64,000 nt of DNA from Candidatus Firestoneibacteriota bacterium. GTDB lineage: Bacteria; Oederibacteriota; D2-FULL-39-29. Positions 8,964 to 16,806 of the stretch are shown one piece after another (positions within the stretch are counted from its first letter, which is position 1; every line of letters begins with the position of its first letter). A program made the position numbers and the translations under genes. The notes beneath the pieces were generated by a model. It did no database searches. It was not told the origin of the DNA and saw nothing but the letters and a program-made list of their open reading frames with translations. The stretch lies in NCBI GenBank assembly GCA_903891415.1, contig CAITEH010000033.1, positions 21,205 to 85,204 on the forward strand. Direction: 5' to 3'.

Positions 8964-10967
8964 TTACAGTCTTATAGGCAGCAGTATAATAGGTATGCCC
9001 TGGTAATAGAATCTGCGCTGTATGGCAAACACCGTGTAGTTATGCAGCCAGCGGGTAAAAACTATCTCTTCCGGAAATACCAATTGTCCGCCAAAAAAGT
9101 TCGCATTGGGGTATTTTTTTAATATTTCCTGCGCTCCGTCAGAGATCTCCTGAACCACATCGACACCTATCAGGCAGAGGCCTTCGGCATAATGGCCCCG
9201 GCTCTGAATATAATTAACGTATTTATCTACATCAGATTTTACGTGTTCTTTTAACTTTTCCATAGCATCGGACCCTTTAAAAGCACCCGCATCCACAACT
9301 CCCACCTGTACTATTATGAAATTCTTATAAATGCCGGGAAAGATCCTGAAAATATTTAAAAGAGTATGGAGGCCGACCCCGTTAAAACCGGAAACGAGAA
9401 CAACCGCAGTCTTGCCTCTCGAATTATATCTGGGCCTTTCCGCGTCACTGAGTTCCTTGATCGTCTCCGGCATTACCGAAAGCACAAGACTGTCAAGTCT
9501 TTTCAGGATGATCCCGGTCTTATTGTAATGATGCCGGATAGTTATGACGATAACAATTAAACCTCCGGTTATCAAGAGCGTGATCCAGCCGCCTTCGCCG
9601 AATTTAAGCCATATTACCGAGATAAGAATAAACAAAGTAAGAAAAAAGGCAATACCATTGATCGCAAGTTTTCTCTTCCATTTTTTTTCAACCTTTCTTT
9701 CTCTCCACCAATGAATAACCATACCCAGTTGTGAGAGAACAAAGGTGATAAAAACGTTTATTGAGTAAAGAACTACAAGATAACTGACCTTACCCTTGGT
9801 TACGATAAGAAGTATAATAGCCGCTATTCCCATAAGTAAAACGCCGTTTTGCGTTACTAACCGGTCACTTAATATCTGGAATTTTGTGGGGAGCCATTTA
9901 TCGGCAGCCATATTGGACATTACTCTGGGCCCGTCGAGAAAGCCTGTCTGCGCCGCGACAAATAACAGCGCGGCCTCAGAAAGAAGAGTTATAAAAAGCA
10001 GTGCATTACCGAGTGTCCCTCCCCCGAATACTTTTTCAAAAAGCACGGCATTTAAGGTCAAGCCGCTGGTATTCCTTACCTCATACAGCAGATACGCAAA
10101 CATTATTCCGAATACTATTAAGGCAAGAGAGATCGCCATGTATAACATGACCCGTTTCGCAGTCCTTATTTTTGGTTCCCGCAAAATTGACATACCGTTA
10201 CTGACTGCTTCCAGTCCCGTATATGTCCCCGCGCCCAAACTGTAAGATTTCATCACTAAAAGTATCACGGCCAGCACGCCCATACTTGCAACTGAATCTT
10301 TTACATCCGCGACCGTATTTACGACTACCCCGCCAAGATTTCCGGCATGAGTTATTAAAATATAGAGTATTGCACCCACATGCATAAGCATAAACACAAT
10401 AAAAATCGGAAGTAACACCTTGACCGACTCCTTGGCGCCTCTTAAATTAAGTACTATTAAGACAAATAAAGAGAAAACCGCGAACCAAAGAGTGTACTGC
10501 CCGTATGCAGGGAAGAAACTGAATAAAGCTTCCGCTCCTGCCGCCACGGAAAGAGTAATAGTAAGCACATAGTCTATTAAAAGCGCGGATCCGGAGATCA
10601 TTCCAAGCGCGGGATTTAAAAGTTTTGTAGCAACGACATAACCGCCGCCGCCGTAAGGAAAAAGTTCTATTATCTGCGAGTAGGAAGCACTGATAACAAA
10701 TATTGTTATCGCTGTGATGCAAGCAACAATAATGGACAGATAGGTATGGCTCCCGAGAGCGAAGAAGGCTTCTGCCGGGCCGTAACAGGATGAAGAAAGG
10801 CCGTCGGACCCGAGCCCTACCCATGCAAGTATGGCAGCAAGCGCAAGACTATGAAATATTCTCGAATCTTGAGGATCTTTCGCTTTGCCTATTACAACAC
10901 GCCTTATTTTTGTTAACATTCCGTTATTATCTTCAGGATTATCCTGAGGTACCAATATTTTTGCCAT
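8964..10967 (-). CDS. APC superfamily permease with a ~200-aa cytoplasmic C-terminal extension
   Basis: 667 aa. About 12 TM segments with APC-type composition, then a soluble tail. A KimA-like K+ transporter architecture is possible but unproven. Confidence 0.75.
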   Translation of the reverse strand: MAKILVPQDNPEDNNGMLTKIRRVVIGKAKDPQDSRIFHSLALAAILAWVGLGSDGLSSSCYGPAEAFFALGSHTYLSIIVACITAITIFVISASYSQIIELFPYGGGGYVVATKLLNPALGMISGSALLIDYVLTITLSVAAGAEALFSFFPAYGQYTLWFAVFSLFVLIVLNLRGAKESVKVLLPIFIVFMLMHVGAILYILITHAGNLGGVVVNTVADVKDSVASMGVLAVILLVMKSYSLGAGTYTGLEAVSNGMSILREPKIRTAKRVMLYMAISLALIVFGIMFAYLLYEVRNTSGLTLNAVLFEKVFGGGTLGNALLFITLLSEAALLFVAAQTGFLDGPRVMSNMAADKWLPTKFQILSDRLVTQNGVLLMGIAAIILLIVTKGKVSYLVVLYSINVFITFVLSQLGMVIHWWRERKVEKKWKRKLAINGIAFFLTLFILISVIWLKFGEGGWITLLITGGLIVIVITIRHHYNKTGIILKRLDSLVLSVMPETIKELSDAERPRYNSRGKTAVVLVSGFNGVGLHTLLNIFRIFPGIYKNFIIVQVGVVDAGAFKGSDAMEKLKEHVKSDVDKYVNYIQSRGHYAEGLCLIGVDVVQEISDGAQEILKKYPNANFFGGQLVFPEEIVFTRWLHNYTVFAIQRRFYYQGIPIILLPIRL

Positions 10968-11078
10968 TTTTTCCTTTTTATTTAGCAGGCGCTATCAGCC
11001 CGTCGGTTTTCTTTAAACCACGATTAATTATTTCCTTATCCTCATAACAATGAGAGGCCTTCTAAAAGAATGCTTCTC

Positions 11079-11107
11079 ATTATATATGGACAGGCAAGCG
11101 TTTTCAA
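11079..11107 (-). promoter_or_regulatory. candidate sigma70 promoter for the APC permease
   Basis: On the minus strand: TTGAAA, a 17-nt spacer, then TATAAT. Confidence 0.35.
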
Positions 11108-11204
11108 CACCTGAAACCGAGCCAAAATCCTTGCTTTTTAAGGACAATAATGATAGTATCTACCTGTTTGCAGCATATTTTACCAGGAAAGCGAGGAAAT
11201 CAAT

Positions 11205-12245
11205 ATGTCCGAAATTTTCAGAAACGAGCAAATATTACAATATATTAAAGCTTTAGGCATAGTTCTGGGCTTTCTGGGAATAGGTTACATATTTGAAAAG
11301 ATACTCCTCGGAAGACTGAAAAAACTCGCTAAAAAAACCACCTGGGAAGGTGATGATATCATTATTGAAGCACTGAATAAATGGTTGACCTATACTATCC
11401 TTTTGCTGGGGATCTATCTGGCCATACTTTACCTGCCTCTTTCGGAAAAGACAGAAAATAACATAACCCGGCTCCTGCTAGTCCTTGCGCTGTTCTTCGG
11501 TACCATAATCCTTTCAAAGATAGCGGTAGGCTTCGTCGGGCTTTACACAAAGAACGCTGACGGACAGACCCCCTCAACTTCAATTTTTTCAAATATTACA
11601 AAAGTTATTGTATTCGGCCTGGGCGGCCTCGTTATTTTACAATCCCTGGGTGTATCAATTACGCCGATATTGACCGCTTTAGGTGTAGGCGGTTTGGCGG
11701 TGGCTTTGGCGCTTCAGGATACACTTTCAAATCTTTTTTCCGGAGTTCAGGTCCTGGCCTCAGGGCAGATAAAACCCGGCAACTACATAAAGATCGGAAG
11801 CGGAGAAGAAGGTTATGTTATAGATATAACCTGGAGAAACACCACGCTAAAAGCCCTTCCAAATAACCTGATAGTTATTCCTAATTCCAAAATAGCCCAG
11901 TCGACCATTATAAACTTTGACGGGCCGACAAAAGAAATGGCTCTGGCTGTACCGTTTACCGTAGCTTACGGCACGGACCTGGAAAAAGTCAAAAAAGCCG
12001 TTTTGGAAACCGGCAGCTATGTAATGAAGAACATACCCGGCGGAGTTCCCGGACATGAAACCGTTCTGCGAATGACCGCGCTGGGTAACTATGGCCTGGA
12101 ATTTACCGCGGCTTTAAAAGTCAAAGAATTCTCGGAACAGTACGCGATAAAACATGAATTTCTTGAACGGCTTTACCGGCGTTTCATGGAAGACGGAATA
12201 AAGATCCCTTATCCGACTCAAACAGTCCTGCTAGGTAAAGATTAA
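11205..12245 (+). CDS. MscS-family mechanosensitive channel
   Basis: 346 aa. N-terminal TM helices, then the conserved MscS core (LGVGGLAVALALQDTLSNLFSG ... GYVIDITWRNT). Confidence 0.85.
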   Translation: MSEIFRNEQILQYIKALGIVLGFLGIGYIFEKILLGRLKKLAKKTTWEGDDIIIEALNKWLTYTILLLGIYLAILYLPLSEKTENNITRLLLVLALFFGTIILSKIAVGFVGLYTKNADGQTPSTSIFSNITKVIVFGLGGLVILQSLGVSITPILTALGVGGLAVALALQDTLSNLFSGVQVLASGQIKPGNYIKIGSGEEGYVIDITWRNTTLKALPNNLIVIPNSKIAQSTIINFDGPTKEMALAVPFTVAYGTDLEKVKKAVLETGSYVMKNIPGGVPGHETVLRMTALGNYGLEFTAALKVKEFSEQYAIKHEFLERLYRRFMEDGIKIPYPTQTVLLGKD

Positions 12246-12325
12246 CCAAAACTTACCGGACCGCTTTTGGCCATTTTTCCCGCAAAAACCTGTTTTGAAT
12301 AAATTTTTTTTCATAGTATCCTTCA

Positions 12326-12477
12326 AAATTCCCCGGAAATTCCTCAAGAAGATAGAATCAGATGATATTAGAACTGTATTGCTTAATTTAGGCCGTTCCG
12401 GCGAAGGCAAGCTTTTTTGGCCTCATAAATGAGGCCACTACAAAAACTATCCAAGATGAGGAATTTCCGAAATTCCC
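12326..12477. mobile_element. MITE-like element (137 bp) with 13-bp perfect terminal inverted repeats and an 8-bp flanking direct repeat
   Basis: TIR CGGAAATTCCTCA (12334-12346) / TGAGGAATTTCCG (12457-12469). Flanking direct repeat AAATTCCC (12326-12333 and 12470-12477). Shares GAAATTCCTCAAGAAGA and the internal hairpin core with 34549-34677. Confidence 0.6.
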
Positions 12478-12484
12478 GTTCTCT

Positions 12485-12520
12485 ATTGACAGAATAGCAC
12501 AAATGTGCTATTCTGTCAAT
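12485..12520 (+). promoter_or_regulatory. lexA promoter embedded in a 36-bp perfect palindrome (candidate LexA operator)
   Basis: ATTGACAGAATAGCACA-AA-TGTGCTATTCTGTCAAT. TTGACA (12486-12491), 17-nt spacer, TATTCT (12509-12514). Confidence 0.6.
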
Positions 12521-12550
12521 GAAGAAAAATTTCAGACAAAAGGAAGGCAC

Positions 12551-13138
12551 ATGAATACGCTGTCAACAGCGCAAAAAAGAGTGCTTGATGCCGCAATAGC
12601 CTGGGTAAAAGAAAATAATCATCCTCCCACTCTCCGCGAGCTCTGCAGAAAATCCGGGCTTAGATCAACCTGGACCATACGTCATCACCTGAAAAAGCTT
12701 GAAGAAGCAGGCTGTCTTAAACTTAAAGAAGGGCTTTCCCGCGGGATATTTCTTTTGAAAAAAAATACGGGGATCCCTCTTCTGGGCAAGATCAGCGCCG
12801 GCAAGCCCATTGAATCTATTGAAAACATTGAAGATACTATAGATCTAAACAGCATGTTCTCAAATATTGACAACCTCTTTGCCTTGAAAATAAAAGGCGA
12901 CAGCATGATCAATGCCGGTATCTTTGACGGTGATATTGTCTTTGTGAAGAAACAGGCGACCGCAGTGAACGGAGATATCGTAGCGGCTATAATAGGAGAG
13001 GAGGCGACTGTTAAAAGATTCAAGAAGACCGAAACCGGCGTGAAACTCCTCCCGGAAAACCCAAAATACGAACCGATAGTTTCAAAGAATATAAAAATAG
13101 CCGGCAAGGTTGTAGGCATCCTGAGAAGATACAAGTAA
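12551..13138 (+). CDS. lexA: LexA repressor
   Basis: Winged-HTH N-terminus, Ala-Gly cleavage site (KISAGKP), and catalytic GDSM ... VKRF Ser/Lys dyad. ATG 12551 is preferred (AAGGAAGG RBS) because the tracked 12503 start lies inside the operator palindrome. Confidence 0.9.
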   Translation: MNTLSTAQKRVLDAAIAWVKENNHPPTLRELCRKSGLRSTWTIRHHLKKLEEAGCLKLKEGLSRGIFLLKKNTGIPLLGKISAGKPIESIENIEDTIDLNSMFSNIDNLFALKIKGDSMINAGIFDGDIVFVKKQATAVNGDIVAAIIGEEATVKRFKKTETGVKLLPENPKYEPIVSKNIKIAGKVVGILRRYK

Positions 13139-13166
13139 AGCAGGTACAGGATAAGAGGGCTGCTGT

Positions 13167-13415
13167 GTGAATATAACAATAATCGGACACCGCATAAAAG
13201 TTGGAGCGGTCTTTGAAGGCGAGCTGATCGAGCCAAAGTGGTTTAAATGGATGAGTAAAAAATATGATATAAAAAGTGTGGCCCTGCGCTGGAAGAGTTT
13301 TTCCGGGACGGCCATTATCACCAACTTCTCGGTAACTGACGGCAAGAATCTCTATGAGCTGAGCTTTAATCAAAAAACAATGGAATGGCTTCTGAATAAA
13401 ATTGGTATTGAATAA
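13167..13415 (+). CDS. hypothetical 82-aa protein co-oriented directly downstream of lexA
   Basis: GTG start 28 nt after the lexA stop with AAGAGGG 7 nt upstream. No recognisable domain. Overlapping minus-strand ORFs look like shadows. Confidence 0.45.
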   Translation: MNITIIGHRIKVGAVFEGELIEPKWFKWMSKKYDIKSVALRWKSFSGTAIITNFSVTDGKNLYELSFNQKTMEWLLNKIGIE

Positions 13416-13430
13416 TACCGATTTTATTCA

Positions 13431-13461
13431 GGTTTATAACGTTTGTAAAGTTTTTAAGGTC
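13431..13461. repeat. left arm: array of degenerate ~10-bp GTTTGTAA-type units
   Basis: GGTTTATAACGTTTGTAAAGTTTTTAAGGTC. Inverted relative to 13992-14022. Related arms occur at 30005-30040 / 30232-30274 and 61741-61777 / 61835-61866. Confidence 0.55.
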
Positions 13462-13507
13462 TAATATAATTGAAAGATATTATTAAGCAGGGCTTGGAGG
13501 GTTTAAG

Positions 13508-13876
13508 ATGAAAGTTAATACGTTCGAGGAGCTGGATATATACAAGAGGTCAAGACAATTGACGAAAGATATATATGGTTTGACCAAAAATAGGAGGTTT
13601 TCCAAGGATTACGGGCTCAAGGATCAGATACAAAGGTCCGCAGTATCGGTCATGTCTAATATAGCGGAAGGCTTTGAAAGAAAGTCCAATATTGAATTCG
13701 TTCGTTTTCTTTTTATTACTAAAGGTTCGTGCGCGGAAGTAAGAGCACAACTAACCGTAGCTTTAGACCAAGAATATACAAACAACACCATTTACGATAA
13801 ACTTTATAATGATTGTAAGTGTATTAGCGCCATGACAAGCAGTCTTATAAAATATCTTTCAAAATCCATAAAATAA
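13508..13876 (+). CDS. four-helix-bundle protein (23S rRNA intervening-sequence protein family)
   Basis: 122 aa. Hallmark LDIYKRSRQLTKDIY ... QIQRSAVSVMSNIAEGFER ... FLFITKGSCAEVRAQL. Confidence 0.9.
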   Translation: MKVNTFEELDIYKRSRQLTKDIYGLTKNRRFSKDYGLKDQIQRSAVSVMSNIAEGFERKSNIEFVRFLFITKGSCAEVRAQLTVALDQEYTNNTIYDKLYNDCKCISAMTSSLIKYLSKSIK

Positions 13877-13940
13877 TAGGACTAAAATGAGGGCCTGTAA
13901 ACAGTCTTTATTTTTTAACCGGCTTTTACATTATCTCGCT

Positions 13941-13960
13941 CTGTCAATAAATATTGACAG
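13941..13960. promoter_or_regulatory. 20-bp perfect palindrome CTGTCAATA-AA-TATTGACAG upstream of dinB (candidate LexA operator)
   Basis: 77 nt upstream of the dinB ATG. Shares the 12-mer TATTGACAGAAT with the lexA promoter palindrome. Confidence 0.5.
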
Positions 13961-13991
13961 AATTATATCCCTTCCTATCGAGAAAATGTTT

Positions 13992-14022
13992 CCTTACAAA
14001 CATTACAAACCTTACAAACTTA
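13992..14022. repeat. right arm: three tandem TTACAAAC units at ~10-bp spacing
   Basis: CCTTACAAACATTACAAACCTTACAAACTTA, the reverse complement of the unit type in the left arm. Ends 16 nt before the dinB ATG. Confidence 0.55.
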
Positions 14023-14037
14023 TGCAGGATATTATTT

Positions 14038-15276
14038 ATGTCCATAAATAATATCCTGCATATCGATATGAACTCTTTTTTTGCCTCTGTCGAGCAGGCG
14101 GCAAATCCCTTCCTTAGAGGCAAACCTATTGCCGTGGCCGGCTGGGCGGACCCGGAAAAAAATTACGCCCGGACCATAGTCACCACCGCTTCTTATGAAG
14201 CCAGAGCCTATAAAGTAAAGACCGGCATGACAATACCGGAAGCCAAGCGGCTTTGCCCGCATATAATAATTGTAACCGCGGATCCGGACAAATACCTTGA
14301 CGCTTCTTACAAAATACATGAAATACTCCTGCATTTTACCGACCTGGTGGAGATCTACTCTATAGACGAGTGTTTTCTCGATCTAAAAGGCGCGCAATTT
14401 ACGACTAAAGAAGCAGCTTTGAAAATTAAAAAGGAAATAAGGGACAGGCTGGGGCTCACCTGTTCTATAGGAATTGCCTCCAATAAGCTGATCGCCAAGC
14501 TCGCAAGCGACATGAAAAAACCGGACGGGCTTACCGAGATCAATGATGAGGAAATACCTGCGCTCTTTTCGGGCTTGCAGGCCCGGGAGCTCTGGGGAAT
14601 AGGGGAAAGAACTGCGGAACGGCTAGCCAAATACGGAATAAAAACCGCAAAACAGCTCGGGGAAGCGGATGAAGACCTGCTGAAACACGAGTTTGGCATC
14701 CTCGGCCCCAGGATGAAGCTTATGGGACTGGGCAAATACTTTGATCCAGTGGTCTCTTATTATAAACAGCGGGAGGTAAAGACTGTCGGGCACTCCCACA
14801 CCTTTCCCGAGGACACCTATGATATAGATATAGTAAGGGCCTTTTTAAGAATGCTCGCCGAAAAAGTATCTACCCGCCTGCAGCGCTACAAACTAAAAGG
14901 CAGGGTTATTCATCTCTATGTAAGGTACGCCGACTTCACCGGTTTTGGCAGCCAGGCCACCCTCGACCAGCATACCGACAGCGGGCTGGAAATATTCCGG
15001 CAGGGTTTTGAAATATTTAAAGCTCTTCTGCCTCTCAAAAAAAAGGTCCGCCTCTTAGGCCTCAGCGTAGGCCAGCTTATAAAAGAAAACGGCCAGGAAC
15101 TCCTTTTTGAAACAGCGGAAAAAGATAAAAAATTAAAAGAAACTCTCTTTCAGGTGAACGAAAAATACGGAGAATTCTCTTTAAAACCCGCAAGCGTAAT
15201 AATGGCTGAAAAATTCGGGATCCGGGAAAGATGCGCTATGATAGGCAAATATTACTTTGATAAAAAACTAAAATGA
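14038..15276 (+). CDS. dinB: DNA polymerase IV (Y-family)
   Basis: ILHIDMNSFFASVEQ ... YSIDECFLD motifs. ATG 14038 is preferred over the tracked 13954 start, whose extension covers the repeat arm. Confidence 0.9.
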   Translation: MSINNILHIDMNSFFASVEQAANPFLRGKPIAVAGWADPEKNYARTIVTTASYEARAYKVKTGMTIPEAKRLCPHIIIVTADPDKYLDASYKIHEILLHFTDLVEIYSIDECFLDLKGAQFTTKEAALKIKKEIRDRLGLTCSIGIASNKLIAKLASDMKKPDGLTEINDEEIPALFSGLQARELWGIGERTAERLAKYGIKTAKQLGEADEDLLKHEFGILGPRMKLMGLGKYFDPVVSYYKQREVKTVGHSHTFPEDTYDIDIVRAFLRMLAEKVSTRLQRYKLKGRVIHLYVRYADFTGFGSQATLDQHTDSGLEIFRQGFEIFKALLPLKKKVRLLGLSVGQLIKENGQELLFETAEKDKKLKETLFQVNEKYGEFSLKPASVIMAEKFGIRERCAMIGKYYFDKKLK

Positions 15277-15420
15277 GCAGGCCGGGATAAAACTACAGCT
15301 TCTTAGATACAGTTTTTTCTGAAAGCAGTCCCTGTATATATTCCTTGCTAATGATAATAAAGAATGCTACTATTACCGGATAAACACCAAAATCGCCGGG
15401 CCGCTAATAAAAGGATACTC

Positions 15421-16269
15421 ATGGAATGGCTCTATATAGGTATAACAATACTGGGAATAACTACCGTTGCTTTCACCGCCAAGATCGCGAGCAGAAATAA
15501 CATTACCGCGCTCGACCTTACGGCCACTCTTTTTGCGGCAAGCACTCTTATTTGTCTTGGAATACTGGCTGCCGGCCCCCTTCCGCCTGTAAACGGGAGA
15601 ACCTTTCTTATAGCTTTTATCCCCGGAGCCTGCGGAGGGCTTGCAGTACTTTTTTTCAACTACGCCATCAGGCTCGGTCATTTTGGTTTTTCAAATACAA
15701 TTTACAGGACCTCTTTTATTCTTCCAATAATCTTTTCCATTTTCTTGCTGGGAGAGCCGATAAACGGTATGGCGGAAACGGGGATCCTTCTTACCCTGCT
15801 GGCGATCTTCCTCATTTCCTATTCAAATGAATCATTTTCCGGGTTCAACTCCTCCGCGTTCAAGTGGTTTGTGCTGATACTGCTCTCTTTTTTCTTAAGC
15901 GGCGGGCCGAGGATAGGGCAAAAACTCGTGGCTTTTTATAAAGAGAGCACGGTGGTTTATCTTTTCCTGTCTTATTTGGCGGGGATACTGGTACTTCTCC
16001 CGGTTTACCTGAAAACAAGGTCTTTTTCAAAAAAATCCCTGCCTTACGGGATTATTGCCGCGCTCGGCAGTATTGCGGGAGTTTTCTGCACTATTTCCGC
16101 GTTAAGATCCCTTCCTTCCAGCGTGGTTTTTACCGTAACTCTCTCGGGCCCGATAATCCTGGGCCTTATCCTCTCCCTGGCAGTATTCAAAGAAAAAATT
16201 AAACCTCTGGGCTGGGCGGGGATCATCCTGGGACTTGCAGGAATATTCATAGTTTATCTTAAAAAGTGA
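15421..16269 (+). CDS. EamA/DMT-family transporter
   Basis: About 10 TM segments in two homologous halves. ATG 15421 (AAGGA RBS) is preferred to the tracked 15364. Confidence 0.7.
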   Translation: MEWLYIGITILGITTVAFTAKIASRNNITALDLTATLFAASTLICLGILAAGPLPPVNGRTFLIAFIPGACGGLAVLFFNYAIRLGHFGFSNTIYRTSFILPIIFSIFLLGEPINGMAETGILLTLLAIFLISYSNESFSGFNSSAFKWFVLILLSFFLSGGPRIGQKLVAFYKESTVVYLFLSYLAGILVLLPVYLKTRSFSKKSLPYGIIAALGSIAGVFCTISALRSLPSSVVFTVTLSGPIILGLILSLAVFKEKIKPLGWAGIILGLAGIFIVYLKK

Positions 16270-16299
16270 TTTTGCGGGGCCGGAAAAATATTTACAATA

Positions 16300-16794
16300 T
16301 CACAGGAGAATTCTGTCAAGTTCCGCAAGGGCTTTCGGCGACAGCCGGGTGTAGTTCGGGATCTTATATCTGCACTTTTCCATATCGGTTATTACGATAC
16401 TGCTATCAGCCTTGAACCTTACGTTTTCCCGGACATTCCTGAGATAGAATATTTTTTCTCCCCTGTCAGTGTAAACATCAAATTTGTGGAACCAGTACCT
16501 GGTCGTAATACTTTTGATATCTCTTATTTCCGGAACAAAGTACCTTAATTTCAGGTCTTCCCTGACATAGCGGCCCATATCTTTGGGCAGGTCTTTAAGA
16601 TGTTTTATTATTCCTATTTCCGCATACTCGGAACCTTTTCTTATTACCGCGGACACATAATTCTCAAGGTCCGTGAAAGGAAAGAGTAATAGGAAATTTA
16701 CCTTTCTGTAGGTTTTCCCATTTTGCGTGCTCAAAGTCAGTAAATTTTTCTGATCTTTCTCTATTTTTATTTTTTTGGGATCCAGTAGGGTCAT
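16300..16794 (-). CDS. DUF1854 family protein (ABC-transporter partner)
   Basis: 164 aa. LLLFPFTD ... LRYFVPEI..I ... YWFHKFDVYTDRGE ... ITDMEKCRYKIPN matches my recollection of the DUF1854 pattern. Lies 12 nt downstream of the ABC gene. Confidence 0.75.
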   Translation of the reverse strand: MTLLDPKKIKIEKDQKNLLTLSTQNGKTYRKVNFLLLFPFTDLENYVSAVIRKGSEYAEIGIIKHLKDLPKDMGRYVREDLKLRYFVPEIRDIKSITTRYWFHKFDVYTDRGEKIFYLRNVRENVRFKADSSIVITDMEKCRYKIPNYTRLSPKALAELDRILL

Positions 16795-16806
16795 ATTTGT
16801 TGTCCT

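Noticed and set aside
10968-11204. Possible c-di-AMP (ydaO/kimA-type) riboswitch in the leader of the KimA-like APC permease
   Set aside because: The predicted leader is only about 110 nt and lacks the paired ACGGGG/CCCGA-type conserved elements. No convincing pseudo-symmetric fold is seen.
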